A DNA stretch of 24,000 bases from Streptomyces sp. NPDC005811. Lineage in GTDB: Bacteria > Actinomycetota > Actinomycetes > Streptomycetales > Streptomycetaceae. A model generated the notes under the pieces. That model did not search any database, was not told the origin of the DNA, and was given only the letters and a program-made list of their open reading frames with translations. A program made the position numbers and the translations under genes. This document shows positions 10,085 through 19,307 of the stretch, piece after piece. Within the stretch, counting starts at the first letter, position 1. Each line of letters starts with the position of its first letter. The stretch is taken from contig NZ_JBEXXK010000051.1 of the NCBI RefSeq assembly GCF_040630405.1, positions 46,112-70,111 on the forward strand, written 5' to 3'.

Positions 10085-10558
10085 ATGACTGCGCTCAATC
10101 GTGTCCCGTCGCTCATGGCCCGGGCCGGTACGGCCTCCGCGTTCGCCATCGCCGCCGTGGGCGGCTCGATCGTGATCCCCGGGGTGGCCGCCGACGCGGC
10201 AGCCGCCACGCCGGCGACGAAGGCGCTCCAGGTCGCGGCCTCCAAGAAGGGGGCACCGTACAAGTGGGGGGCCGCCGGACCCAAGAGGTTCGACTGCTCA
10301 GGCCTCACGATGTACTCGTTCAAGAAGGCGGGCAAGACCCTGCCGCGCACGGCGGCGCAGCAGTACAACAAGACGCGCCACATCTCGGCCTCCAGCCGCA
10401 AGGCCGGGGACCTGGTGTTCTTCCACTCCGGTTCGAACGTGTACCACGTCGGGATCTACGCCGGGCACGGCAAGATCTGGCACTCGCCGAAGACCGGCAG
10501 CTGGGTGAAGCTGGAGAAGATCTGGACCAAGAGCGTCTGGTACGGCCGGGTCCGCTAG
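10085..10558 (+). CDS. Secreted NlpC/P60-family cell-wall peptidase
   Basis: Start at internal ATG 10085 (MTALNRVPSLMARAGTASAFAIAAVGG is signal-like). Contains KGAPYKWGAAGPKRFDCSGL (catalytic Cys) and VYHVGIYAGHGKIWHSP (catalytic His). Confidence 0.9.
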   Translation: MTALNRVPSLMARAGTASAFAIAAVGGSIVIPGVAADAAAATPATKALQVAASKKGAPYKWGAAGPKRFDCSGLTMYSFKKAGKTLPRTAAQQYNKTRHISASSRKAGDLVFFHSGSNVYHVGIYAGHGKIWHSPKTGSWVKLEKIWTKSVWYGRVR

Positions 10559-11094
10559 GGCCGGGGCTCGGGCATCGCTTCCCGGAGTGGTGACGGCGTC
10601 CCTGACGCGCCCTCACCACCCCGGGAGCTCCCCGGCAGCACGGTCGCCCCGGCGCCCGCCACCGGCTCCGCCGCCGGGACGGTCCACGGCAGCTCGACCG
10701 TGACCGTCTTTCCGCCCTCCCGTGTGGGGCGCACCCTGAGCCGGCCGCCGCGTTCGGCGGTCAGCCAGCGAATGATCACCATGCCTCGGCCGTTGTCCTG
10801 CTGGACAGCGGCCGGCAGTCGTTGGGGGAAGCGCGGGTGGCTGTCGGTGACACCGATGCACAGCCGTTCGTCGCGGTCGAGCACCAGGCCCACCGTGAAG
10901 GTGGGGGACTGTCCGAACGTGTGCTGCACGGCGTTGGTGGCGAGTTCGGAGACGATCAGCCGGATGGCGTCGGCCGCCTCCGTGTCCGCCGGCAGTCCCC
11001 ATTCGTCCAGCGTCCCGGCCACGAAGCCGCGGGCCGTGGAGACCGAGGCGGCTTCGCTCGGCAGAGTGACGGATGCTTCCAGATGGTCTGCCAT
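10555..11094 (-). CDS. RsbW/SpoIIAB-like ATP-binding protein (HATPase_c anti-sigma-factor-type kinase), WhiJ-locus associated
   Basis: N-box SELATNAVQH and G-box DNGRGM. 179 aa. Divergent from the XRE/DUF397 pair. The 3' end overlaps the NlpC/P60 stop by 4 nt. Confidence 0.8.
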   Translation of the reverse strand: MADHLEASVTLPSEAASVSTARGFVAGTLDEWGLPADTEAADAIRLIVSELATNAVQHTFGQSPTFTVGLVLDRDERLCIGVTDSHPRFPQRLPAAVQQDNGRGMVIIRWLTAERGGRLRVRPTREGGKTVTVELPWTVPAAEPVAGAGATVLPGSSRGGEGASGTPSPLREAMPEPRP

Positions 11095-11220
11095 GGCGAC
11101 CTCGTCCCTTTCCCACGGGACCGGAGTCCGACACGCTGCGGATGGTTCGAGTACGGTCCCGGACTGGTGCTACTTCGCCAGACTGCCATCAGCGCGCCCG
11201 TCACGGGTGGCGATCCACCA

Positions 11221-11236
11221 AGATATGCATATATCT
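11221..11236. promoter_or_regulatory. AT-rich inverted repeat AGATATGCATATATCT in the ATPase/XRE divergent promoter region (candidate operator or -10 region)
   Basis: Arms AGATAT and ATATCT with an inner perfect palindrome ATATGCATAT. It lies 72 nt upstream of the XRE ATG. Confidence 0.3.
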
Positions 11237-11307
11237 GTCGCCCAATGCGGTGAACTCTGCCACGGCAGAGCGTTTTCGGGCGGCCCATAAGGAGTAAGGA
11301 GGAGCCC

Positions 11308-12168
11308 ATGCAACACGGTCCCGCGGTACGCCGCCGGAAGCTGGGCGCCGAACTGCGGAGTCTGCGCGCCCGGGCGGGGCTCACGAGCGGCGAGGCGGCC
11401 CGGCTCGTCGGCTGGCACCAGTCCAAGGTGAGCCGGATCGAGACCGGCACCAGCGGTACGAAACCGGCCGATGTGCGGTTACTTCTCGACGTCTACGGTG
11501 TGACGGATCCGCAGCTGCGGGAGCTGATGACGGCGTTGGCCGGCTCGGAGGAGAGCGGCGGCCGCGACCACTGGTGGCACGCCTACCGCGGGGTCCTGCC
11601 GGCCGCCTACCGGGACTTCATCAGCCTGGAGTCGCAGGCCGGCGCGATGCGCACGCTGGAGACGACGGTGGTCCCCGGACTGCTCCAGACGGCCGAGTAC
11701 GCCCGCGCGGTGACCCGGGCCGCGGTGGAGGGCGCCGACGAGGACCAGCTGGACACCCTGGTGGAGGTGCGGATCGCCCGCCAGGACGTGCTGCGCCGGC
11801 AGCCGCCGCTCCGGCTGAGCGCGGTGCTGGACGAGGCGGTGCTGCGGCGGGAGGTGGGCGGCCCGGAGGTGATGGAGCGCCAGCTCGTCCGGCTGATGGA
11901 GGCGGCGCGACTTCCCCAAGTGCGTTTGCAGGTACTGCCGTTCGCGGCCGGTGCGCATATCGGTGTCACCGGGCCTTTCGTTATCTTCTCCTTTTCGAGC
12001 GCCCCTGATCTGGATGTGGTTGTTCTCGACCACTTGACGAGTAGCCTCTACCTCGAACGGAAAGAAGACCTCGAGGCCTACACCGAGGCCTTCAACGCCC
12101 TTCGGGCACATGCGCTTTCGCCCGGGGAATCACTGGAATACATCGCCGCGACAGCTGACGGCGCGTAG
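11308..12168 (+). CDS. XRE-family HTH regulator of the WhiJ/Scr1 type (HTH plus C-terminal DUF5753-like domain)
   Basis: AAGGAGGAG Shine-Dalgarno. LGAELRSLRARAGLTSGEAARLVGWHQSKVSRIETG is the HTH. LLQTAEYARAV is typical of this Streptomyces paralogue family. Contains an in-frame TTA codon at 11479..11481. Confidence 0.9.
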   Translation: MQHGPAVRRRKLGAELRSLRARAGLTSGEAARLVGWHQSKVSRIETGTSGTKPADVRLLLDVYGVTDPQLRELMTALAGSEESGGRDHWWHAYRGVLPAAYRDFISLESQAGAMRTLETTVVPGLLQTAEYARAVTRAAVEGADEDQLDTLVEVRIARQDVLRRQPPLRLSAVLDEAVLRREVGGPEVMERQLVRLMEAARLPQVRLQVLPFAAGAHIGVTGPFVIFSFSSAPDLDVVVLDHLTSSLYLERKEDLEAYTEAFNALRAHALSPGESLEYIAATADGA

Positions 12169-12177
12169 GGAGGCACC

Positions 12178-12423
12178 ATGTCTGCTCTGCCTCGGAACGT
12201 ACCTCGGAACGCACCCCGCAGCACGGATCCCCACGCTCTCCCCCAGGTGCGGTGGCTGCGCAGCAGCTACAGCACGGGAGCGAACAACTGCGTGGAGACC
12301 GCCCGGCCGGCCCTCGGGCCCTTCGCCGGGCTGCTCGCCGTACGCGACTCCAAGGACCCGGAGGGTCCCGCCCTGCTCTTCTCCCCCGAGAGCTGGTCGG
12401 GTTTCACCGCCGCGTTCCACTGA
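12178..12423 (+). CDS. DUF397 (BldB/Scr2-like) small protein
   Basis: GGGAGG Shine-Dalgarno overlapping the XRE stop. WLRSSYSTGANNCVETA...AVRDSKDPEGPALLFSPESWSGF is the DUF397 signature. Confidence 0.85.
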   Translation: MSALPRNVPRNAPRSTDPHALPQVRWLRSSYSTGANNCVETARPALGPFAGLLAVRDSKDPEGPALLFSPESWSGFTAAFH

Positions 12424-12470
12424 TCACCGCCATCCGGCAGCAGGGGCGACCCCGGCCGTGTCACGCCGAC

Positions 12471-13598
12471 TCATGGTCGTGTCTCCCCGATGACCCGTAC
12501 AGCGCGATCCAGCTCGGCCCCGGAGAGGTCGGCGCGGGCGGTCAGCCTCAGACGTGAGATGCCGTCGGGCACGGAGGGAGGACGGAAGCAGCCCACGGCG
12601 AGGCCTGCCGACCGGCAGTCCGCCGCCCACTGCACGGCCTCCTCCGGGGAGGGCGCACGCACGGAGACGACCGCGGCGTCCGGACGTACCGCCTCCAGGC
12701 CCGCGGCCGTCAGCCGGTCGTGCAGTTCCGCGGCCACCGCACGCGCGCGTGCCGCCCGCTCGGGCTCCCGGCGCAGCAGCCGGAGCGCCGCGAGGGCCGC
12801 ACCGGCCGCCGCGGGGGCGAGGCCCGTGTCGAAGATGAAGGTGCGGGCCGCGTTGACCAGATGGTCGATCACCCGCGCGGGCCCCAGGACGGCCCCGCCC
12901 TGGCTGCCGAGGGACTTCGACAGCGTCACCGTGACGACCACGTCCTCGGCGCCGGCCAGCCCGACCGCGTAAGGGGCGCCCCGCCCGCCGTCCCCGAGGA
13001 CGCCGAGCCCGTGCGCGTCGTCCACCACCAGCCCGGCGCCGTGCTCCCGGCAGGCGGCGGCGAGCCCGGCCAGCGGGGCCGCGTCGCCGTCGACCGAGAA
13101 GACCGTGTCGGAGACGGCCACCGCCGGGCCGTCGTGGGTGCCGAGCGCCTTCCGTACGGCGTCGGGGTCCGCGTGCGCCACCACCTGGGTGGTCCCCCGG
13201 GCCAGCCGGCAGCCGTCGATCAGCGAGGCGTGGTTGCCCGCGTCGGAGACGATCAGCGAGTCGTGCGGGGCCAGCGCGGTGACCGCGGCCAGGTTCGCGG
13301 CGTACCCGGAGGAGAACACGAGCGCCGCCTCGAAGCCGCAGAACTCCGCCAGTTCCCGCTCCAGCTCGGTGTGCAGCTCGGTGGTGCCGGTGACCAGGCG
13401 GGAGCCGGTCGAGCCGCCGCCCCAGGTCCGCGCGGCCGTCGCGGCGCCCTCGGTGACCTCCGGGTGGCGGGACAGGCCCAGGTAGTCGTTGCTCGCGAGA
13501 TCGAGCAGCGGCGAGTCGGCCGGACGGGGCCGCAGCGTCCGGACGAGTCCGGCCCGGCGGCGCGCCCGCGCCTGTTCGTCGATCCAGCCGAACGCCAT
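12471..13598 (-). CDS. bioF: 8-amino-7-oxononanoate synthase
   Basis: 375 aa with LASNDYLGL and SGYAANL. The PLP-lysine context is TLSKSLGSQGG. Divergent from bioBAD. Confidence 0.92.
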   Translation of the reverse strand: MAFGWIDEQARARRRAGLVRTLRPRPADSPLLDLASNDYLGLSRHPEVTEGAATAARTWGGGSTGSRLVTGTTELHTELERELAEFCGFEAALVFSSGYAANLAAVTALAPHDSLIVSDAGNHASLIDGCRLARGTTQVVAHADPDAVRKALGTHDGPAVAVSDTVFSVDGDAAPLAGLAAACREHGAGLVVDDAHGLGVLGDGGRGAPYAVGLAGAEDVVVTVTLSKSLGSQGGAVLGPARVIDHLVNAARTFIFDTGLAPAAAGAALAALRLLRREPERAARARAVAAELHDRLTAAGLEAVRPDAAVVSVRAPSPEEAVQWAADCRSAGLAVGCFRPPSVPDGISRLRLTARADLSGAELDRAVRVIGETRP

Positions 13599-13616
13599 GG
13601 CTCCTCCGGGGCTTTT

Positions 13617-13677
13617 GTAGGTAGCGGACAGACCCTAACGTCACGGACCGCTACCCACGGTGTGGCAATACCCACAC
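13617..13677. promoter_or_regulatory. Inverted repeats in the bioF/bioB divergent promoter region (candidate biotin-operon operator)
   Basis: GTAGGTAGCGGAC (13617..13629) and GACCGCTACCCAC (13646..13658), with a perfect 8-bp core GGTAGCGG/CCGCTACC. A second repeat, GTGTGG-N6-CCACAC, lies at 13660..13677. Confidence 0.3.
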
Positions 13678-13746
13678 GTCGATCCGGGTGTGTTGTGTGA
13701 TCCCTACCTTGGCCCGGGGCGGTCCCGTAGGACAGGATCGGCTCTC

Positions 13747-14958
13747 ATGGACCTGCTGAACACGCTGGTGGACAAGGGGCTTCGGCGCGAGCTGCCGACC
13801 CGCGAGGAGGCGCTCGCCGTCCTCGCCACTTCCGACGACGACGTGCTGGACGTGGTGGCCGCGGCCGGGAAGGTGCGCCGGCACTGGTTCGGCCGGCGGG
13901 TGAAACTCAACTATCTCGTCAACCTCAAGTCGGGCCTGTGCCCCGAGGACTGCTCGTACTGCTCCCAGCGGCTCGGCTCCACGACCGGCATCCTGAAGTA
14001 CAGCTGGCTCAAGCCGGACGAGGCCTCCAGGGCCGCCGCGGCGGGGCTCGCGGGCGGGGCCAAGCGGGTCTGTCTGGTGGCGTCCGGGCGCGGTCCCACC
14101 GACCGTGACGTGGACCGGGTCTCCGAGACCATCAAGGCGATCAAGGACCAGAACGAGGGCGTCGAGGTGTGCGCCTGTCTGGGGCTGCTCTCCGACGGCC
14201 AGGCCGAACGGCTGCGCGAGGCGGGCGCGGACGCCTACAACCACAACCTCAACACCTCCGAGGCGACGTACGGGGACATCACCACCACCCACACGTACGC
14301 CGACCGGGTGGACACGGTCTCCAAGGCGCACGCGGCGGGCCTGTCGGCCTGCTCCGGGCTGATCGCCGGCATGGGCGAGAGCGACGAGGACCTGGTCGAC
14401 GTGGTCTTCTCGCTGCGCGCGCTGGACCCGGACTCGGTGCCGGTCAACTTCCTCATCCCGGTCGAGGGCACCCCGCTGGGCAAGGAGTGGAACCTCACCC
14501 CGCAGCGCTGTCTGCGGATCCTGGCGATGGTCCGGTTCGTCTGCCCGGACGTCGAGGTCCGCATCGCGGGCGGCCGCGAGGTCCATCTGCGCACCCAGCA
14601 GCCGCTCGCGCTGAACCTGGCCAACTCGATCTTCCTCGGCGACTACCTCACCACCGAGGGCCAGGCCGGCAAGGCCGACCTGGAGATGATCGCGGACGCC
14701 GGATTCGAGGTGGAGGGCGCGGGCGAGGTCACCCTCCCGGAGCATCGGGCGGCGACGGCCGGCGGCGGCTGCGGATCGCATGCCGAGGCCGGCTGCGGCT
14801 CCCACGCCGAGGCGGGCTGCGGTTCCGGCTGCGGGTCGCACGAGGGTGGCTCGGTGTGCGGTACGGCCGCTGCGGCCGCCCCGGCCGGTGAGCCCCGTAC
14901 GGACCTGGTCGCCGTGCGCCGCCGCGGCGCCGGCACCGACCTCGCGCCCAATGCCTGA
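13747..14958 (+). CDS. bioB: Biotin synthase (radical SAM) with a roughly 65-aa Cys/His-rich C-terminal extension
   Basis: Start at internal ATG 13747 ([11 protein letters not shown]), after AGGACAGGA. Radical-SAM CxxxCxxC motif as [18 protein letters not shown] is present. The tail reads [34 protein letters not shown]. Confidence 0.93.
   Translation: MDLLNTLVDKGLRRELPTREEALAVLATSDDDVLDVVAAAGKVRRHWFGRRVKLNYLVNLKSGLCPEDCSYCSQRLGSTTGILKYSWLKPDEASRAAAAGLAGGAKRVCLVASGRGPTDRDVDRVSETIKAIKDQNEGVEVCACLGLLSDGQAERLREAGADAYNHNLNTSEATYGDITTTHTYADRVDTVSKAHAAGLSACSGLIAGMGESDEDLVDVVFSLRALDPDSVPVNFLIPVEGTPLGKEWNLTPQRCLRILAMVRFVCPDVEVRIAGGREVHLRTQQPLALNLANSIFLGDYLTTEGQAGKADLEMIADAGFEVEGAGEVTLPEHRAATAGGGCGSHAEAGCGSHAEAGCGSGCGSHEGGSVCGTAAAAAPAGEPRTDLVAVRRRGAGTDLAPNA
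14767..14850 (+). repeat. In-frame degenerate tandem repeat (24/24/12/24 nt) encoding GCGSHAEA / GCGSHAEA / GCGS / GCGSHEGG within bioB
   Basis: Direct reading. The third codon of each unit (the Gly after Cys) uses GGA, GGC, GGT and GGG in the four copies. Ser is TCG/TCC and His is CAT/CAC. Confidence 0.8.
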
Positions 14959-16240
14959 GCTGCCCGCACTGCCCGTCGCCGAGCTGCTGGAACTGGACCG
15001 GCGGCACGTCTGGCACCCGTACGGTCCGATGCCCGGCCGGGTGGACCCGCTCGTCGTGGAGTCGGCGAGCGGGGTGCGGCTGCGCCTAGCGGACGGCTCG
15101 GGCGAGCTGGTCGACGGCATGTCGTCCTGGTGGTCGGCGATCCACGGCTATAACCACCCGGTGCTGAACGAGGAGGCGCGCGAGCAACTCGGCCGGATGA
15201 GCCACGTCATGTTCGGCGGGCTCACGCACGAGCCCGCCGTCCGGCTGGCGAAGCTCCTCGTCGACATGTCTCCCGACGGCCTGGAGCACGTCTTCCTCGC
15301 CGACTCCGGTTCGGTGTCGGTCGAGGTCGCGGTGAAGATGTGCCTCCAGTACTGGCGTTCGCTGGGCCGCCCCGCCAAGCAGCGCCTGCTGACCTGGCGC
15401 GGCGGCTATCACGGCGACACCTGGCAGCCGATGTCGGTGTGCGACCCCGAGGGGGGCATGCACGACCTGTGGACCGGCGTGCTGCCCCGTCAGATCTTCG
15501 TGGACCCCCCACCGGTCGAGTACGAGGAGACGTACGCCGATCAGCTGCGTGCCGCGATCGAGCGGCACGCGGACGAACTGGCCGCGGTGATCGTGGAGCC
15601 GGTGGTGCAGGGCGCGGGCGGGATGCGCTTCCACTCCCCCGCGTATCTGCGGGTGCTGCGCGAGGCGTGCGACGCGCACGACGTGCTGCTGGTGTTCGAC
15701 GAGATCGCGACCGGGTTCGGACGCACGGGGGCGCTGTTCGCGGCGGACCACGCGGCGGTGACGCCGGACGTGATGTGCGTGGGCAAGGCGCTGACCGGCG
15801 GTTATCTGACCCTGGCGGCGACGCTGTGCACCTCCCGGGTGGCCGACGGGATCTCCCGGGGCGAGGTGCCGGTGCTGGCCCACGGCCCGACGTTCATGGG
15901 CAATCCGCTCGCCGCGTCCGTCGCCTGCGCCTCGATCGGGCTGCTCCTCGGGCAGGACTGGCTCGCGGAGGTCAAACGGATCGAGACGGGTCTCAGGGAC
16001 GGGCTGGCGGAGGCCGCCGGGCTCCCCGGCGTCCGGGACGTACGGGTCCTCGGCGCCATCGGGGTGGTGCAGCTGGACCATCCGGTGGACATGAAGGCGG
16101 CCACCGCGGCGGCCGTCCGGGAGGGCGTCTGGCTGCGCCCGTTCCGCGACCTGGTCTACACGATGCCGCCGTACGTCACCGGCGACACGGACCTGGCACG
16201 GATCGCGCGCGCGGTGTGCGCCGCGGCGCGGGAGGGATGA
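14951..16240 (+). CDS. bioA: Adenosylmethionine-8-amino-7-oxononanoate aminotransferase
   Basis: Start at ATG 14951, overlapping the bioB stop in ATGCCTGA. Contains [34 protein letters not shown] and the PLP-lysine context CVGKALTGG. Confidence 0.93.
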   Translation: MPELPALPVAELLELDRRHVWHPYGPMPGRVDPLVVESASGVRLRLADGSGELVDGMSSWWSAIHGYNHPVLNEEAREQLGRMSHVMFGGLTHEPAVRLAKLLVDMSPDGLEHVFLADSGSVSVEVAVKMCLQYWRSLGRPAKQRLLTWRGGYHGDTWQPMSVCDPEGGMHDLWTGVLPRQIFVDPPPVEYEETYADQLRAAIERHADELAAVIVEPVVQGAGGMRFHSPAYLRVLREACDAHDVLLVFDEIATGFGRTGALFAADHAAVTPDVMCVGKALTGGYLTLAATLCTSRVADGISRGEVPVLAHGPTFMGNPLAASVACASIGLLLGQDWLAEVKRIETGLRDGLAEAAGLPGVRDVRVLGAIGVVQLDHPVDMKAATAAAVREGVWLRPFRDLVYTMPPYVTGDTDLARIARAVCAAAREG

Positions 16241-16965
16241 ACATGCCGATCCTGGTGATCACGGGGACGGGCACGGAGGTCGGCAAGACCGTCACCACGG
16301 CGGCCGTCGCCGCGTCCGCGCTCGCGGCGGGCCGCACGGTGGCCGTCCTGAAGGCCGCGCAGACGGGTGTACGGCCCGACGAGCGCGGGGACGCCGAGGA
16401 GATCGCGCGGCTCGCGGGACCGGTCACGACCGCCGAGTGCGCCCGCTACCCCGAGCCGCTGGCCCCGGCGACGGCGGCCCGGCGGGCGGGGCTCCCCCCG
16501 GTGCGGCCGTACGACGTCGTCGAGGCGGCCCAGAAGCTGGCCGCGGAGCACGATCTGGTCCTGGTCGAGGGTGCGGGCGGCCTGCTCGTCCGCTTCGACG
16601 AGGCCGGCGGCACCCTGGCCGACGTGGCCCAGGCGCTGCGGGCCCCGGTCCTGGTGGTGGCCTCGGCGGGCCTGGGCACCCTGAACACCACGGAACTCAC
16701 GGCCCGCGAACTGCGCGCACGGGGCGTGGAGCTGCTCGGCGTGGTGATCGGCGGCTGGCCCGACGCCCCGGACCTGGCGATGCGCTGCAACGTCACGGAC
16801 CTCCCGGACGTGGCCGCGGCCCCGCTGCTGGGCGCCCTCCCGATGGGCGTGGGCGGACTCGCCCCGGCCGACTTCCGCACGGCGGCCCCGTCCTGGCTGG
16901 CGGCGCGCCTGGACGGGACGTGGGAGGCGGCAACCTTCCGAGACGCGCTGGCGGAGGCGCCCTAG
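16237..16965 (+). CDS. bioD: Dethiobiotin synthetase
   Basis: ATGA overlap with the bioA stop; an alternative ATG lies at 16243. The N-terminus [14 protein letters not shown] is the BioD P-loop. VEGAGGLLV is present. Confidence 0.9.
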   Translation: MNMPILVITGTGTEVGKTVTTAAVAASALAAGRTVAVLKAAQTGVRPDERGDAEEIARLAGPVTTAECARYPEPLAPATAARRAGLPPVRPYDVVEAAQKLAAEHDLVLVEGAGGLLVRFDEAGGTLADVAQALRAPVLVVASAGLGTLNTTELTARELRARGVELLGVVIGGWPDAPDLAMRCNVTDLPDVAAAPLLGALPMGVGGLAPADFRTAAPSWLAARLDGTWEAATFRDALAEAP

Positions 16966-17023
16966 AGGGGCGCGGGGAACTGCGCGACAGGCCCCCCGCA
17001 CACCCGCAGACGGACAACGACGC

Positions 17024-19192
17024 TCATTCCGCTTCCGAGAGCAACCGCACCAACTCGATCCGGGACCGAATCCCCAGCCGCGTGAAAACCCCCCGCAGAT
17101 GGTGATCGATGGTCCGCGGACTGAGCGCGAGCCGCCCGGCGATCTCCCGGTTCGTGGCACCCTCCGCGGCCATCCGGGCAACCAGCAGCTGCTGGGCGGT
17201 CAGCCGGACGACCGGCGGCTCGGCACCCCGCGCCGGGCCGGCCGGCGCCCCGAGGGCGCGCAACTCCGCACGGGCGGCCTCCGCACAGTGCGGCGCCCCG
17301 AAGGACTCGAACGCCTCACGCGCGCTGTGCAGCCGGTCCCGGGCCTCCGCGCGGCGCCGCAACCGCCGCAGGGCGCTGCCGAACAGCAGTTCCGTGCGGG
17401 CGCGTTCGAAGGCACGGGTGCCCTCGGCGTGCAGATCGAGAGCCGTCCGGTAGTGGTCGAGCGCTTCGGCGCCGGGGGTGAGCAGGGCCCGGCAGCGGGC
17501 GCTCAGCGCGAGGTCGTCGGGGCTGCGGACGGCGCGGGCCCAGCGGTCGTAGTCGGCATGGGCGGCGCGGGCGATCCGGGTGTCGCCCGCGCGGGCGGCG
17601 GCCTCGACGTAGTGCGGGGTGGCCAGATGGCGGACGGCCCGGTGGCCGTGGCCCGGGCCGAAGGCGGCGAGGGCGCGCAGCCGGGCGGCGGCGGCGCCGT
17701 AGCGGCCGGAGCCGAGGTCGAGGAAGGCGAGCGCCCACTGGGCCAGGGCGGCCGGCAGCCCGAGGCCGTGGGCGAGGGCGTAGGAGCGGGCCGCCGCGGC
17801 CCGCTCACGGCACAGGTCGCCGTCGCCGGTGAGCGCGGCGAACATCGCGAGGGCGGCCTGGAGATGGCAGGCGCCGTTGTCCTGTCCGGTGGCGTACGAC
17901 TGCCGTAGGGCGTCCAGCGCGGCGGCCTCGGCGGCGCGCGGGCGGCCGGTCCAGAAGTCGGCGTAGGCGCGGAACTCCATCGCCTGGGAGACCATCGCGG
18001 TCAGGCCCCGGGCGCGGGCGGCGGCGGCCGCGCGGACGGTGGCGGTGGCGGCGCGGGTGTGGTCGCCGAGCATCAGGGCGGCGATGCCGGCGTGCAGGAG
18101 GCGGCTGGGGTCGCCGCCCGGCCCGCACCGTCCGGCGGTCGCCTCCAGCAGGTCGCGGGCGTCCTCGTACCGTCCGTCGGCCGCGGCGGCGAGAGCCGGG
18201 AGCACACCCGGCGGCCGGACGCCGAGCCGCCGCGCGGCGGCCACGGCTTCCGTACATCGGCGCAGGTCACCGGTGTAGATGGCGGCTTCGGTGGCGCGGG
18301 TGAGGAGCGGGACGGGTTCGGTGCCGAGGGTGGCCCCGGCGATGAGCGCGTCGAACGCCTCCCCCGCCTGGCCGGTGCGCAGCGCGAGGACGCCGGTGAG
18401 GGCGTCGGTGTGGGTGCGGGCGGCGAGGGTGCGGGCGTGGTCGGCGTCGCCGGAGTGCCAGGCGTCGGCCGCCGCGCGGGCGAGGAGGCGGGGCTGTTCG
18501 CGGGGGTCGGTGCCGAGCGCGGCGGCGCGTTCGGTGAGGGCGGCGGCGAGGGCGGGGTCGGCGGCCCGACGGGCCCGGTCGGCGGCGGCCGTCAGTTCGG
18601 CCGCGAGCCGTCCGCTGGGGCCGAGCGCGGCCGCGCCCCGGTGCCAGGAGCGGCGGGGCAGTTCGGTGTCGTCGTGCAGGACGCGGGCGAGCAGCCGGTG
18701 GGCCTCGCGGCGGTCGGCGGGGGTGGCCGTCTCGTAGGCGGCGATCCGGGTCCAGGCGTCGCGGAAGCCGACCCCGCCCGCCGTGGCGTACGCGATGCCG
18801 GCGCTCTCGGCGGCCTCCAGCGGGCGGGTGTCGAGGCGGGCGGCGGCCACGGCGCGCAGGAAGGCGTGGGTGGCGACCGGGTACTGGTCGGCGGCGGCGA
18901 GGAGCAGCAGCAGCCGGGTGTCCTCGGGCAGGGCGCGGATCTCCCGGCGGTAGCCGTGCAGCAGGGTGGGGGCGAGGTCGGCGGGGCCGGTGGGCAGGGG
19001 GTCCAGGCCGGCCGCCTGACGGTCGGTGAGCCGGGCGGCGAGTTCGGCGGCGGCGCGCTGATCGCCGTACACCAGACGCAGCACGCGCACCCGGACGCCC
19101 TCGGGGAGGGACATGACGGGGCGCCGCCACGGGGCCGGGGGCGGCGGTGGCGAAGTGCCGTCGAGACGTGGGGGGTTTACAGGAGTCACCAC
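17024..19192 (-). CDS. Large LuxR-family transcriptional regulator (Ala-rich TPR-like body plus C-terminal LuxR HTH; no N-terminal P-loop NTPase)
   Basis: The C-terminus [45 protein letters not shown] is a LuxR/GerE HTH. I found no GxxxxGK[ST] motif. The start is uncertain: GTG at 19192 or ATG at 19114. Confidence 0.85.
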   Translation of the reverse strand: MVTPVNPPRLDGTSPPPPPAPWRRPVMSLPEGVRVRVLRLVYGDQRAAAELAARLTDRQAAGLDPLPTGPADLAPTLLHGYRREIRALPEDTRLLLLLAAADQYPVATHAFLRAVAAARLDTRPLEAAESAGIAYATAGGVGFRDAWTRIAAYETATPADRREAHRLLARVLHDDTELPRRSWHRGAAALGPSGRLAAELTAAADRARRAADPALAAALTERAAALGTDPREQPRLLARAAADAWHSGDADHARTLAARTHTDALTGVLALRTGQAGEAFDALIAGATLGTEPVPLLTRATEAAIYTGDLRRCTEAVAAARRLGVRPPGVLPALAAAADGRYEDARDLLEATAGRCGPGGDPSRLLHAGIAALMLGDHTRAATATVRAAAAARARGLTAMVSQAMEFRAYADFWTGRPRAAEAAALDALRQSYATGQDNGACHLQAALAMFAALTGDGDLCRERAAAARSYALAHGLGLPAALAQWALAFLDLGSGRYGAAAARLRALAAFGPGHGHRAVRHLATPHYVEAAARAGDTRIARAAHADYDRWARAVRSPDDLALSARCRALLTPGAEALDHYRTALDLHAEGTRAFERARTELLFGSALRRLRRRAEARDRLHSAREAFESFGAPHCAEAARAELRALGAPAGPARGAEPPVVRLTAQQLLVARMAAEGATNREIAGRLALSPRTIDHHLRGVFTRLGIRSRIELVRLLSEAE

Positions 19193-19307
19193 GCGATTGA
19201 CGTTACTGGCGGGTTACTTGAACAGTAAAGACCGGCGATTTCACCGATGCGGCGCGCGTAGACCCGACCGGACACTCCTGGCAACCCCACCCGTTTCAGG
19301 AGGCATC

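Noticed and set aside
12424-13644. 406-aa minus-strand ORF overlapping bioF
   Set aside because: It is on the same strand as bioF but in the wrong frame. The 12471..13598 frame gives the PLP-enzyme sequence.
16966-17023. GC-rich motif GGGGCGCGGGGAACTGCGCGACAGGCCCCCCGCAC in the convergent bioD/LuxR gap
   Set aside because: It can form only a modest stem (GCGGGG...CCCCGC) with a long loop and has no U-tract. I recall similar GGGGAACTGCGCGA-type sequences in other Streptomyces intergenic regions. I cannot substantiate a terminator or repeat-family call from this window alone.
13651-17181. Minus-strand ORFs 13651..15120 (489 aa), 15086..16081 (331 aa) and 16156..17181 (341 aa), and the 5' part of plus-strand ORF 15340..16965
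   Set aside because: The minus-strand ORFs are antisense to bioB, bioA and bioD. Only the last 242 codons of the 15340 frame (from 16237) are BioD; the upstream part is an off-frame read-through of bioA.
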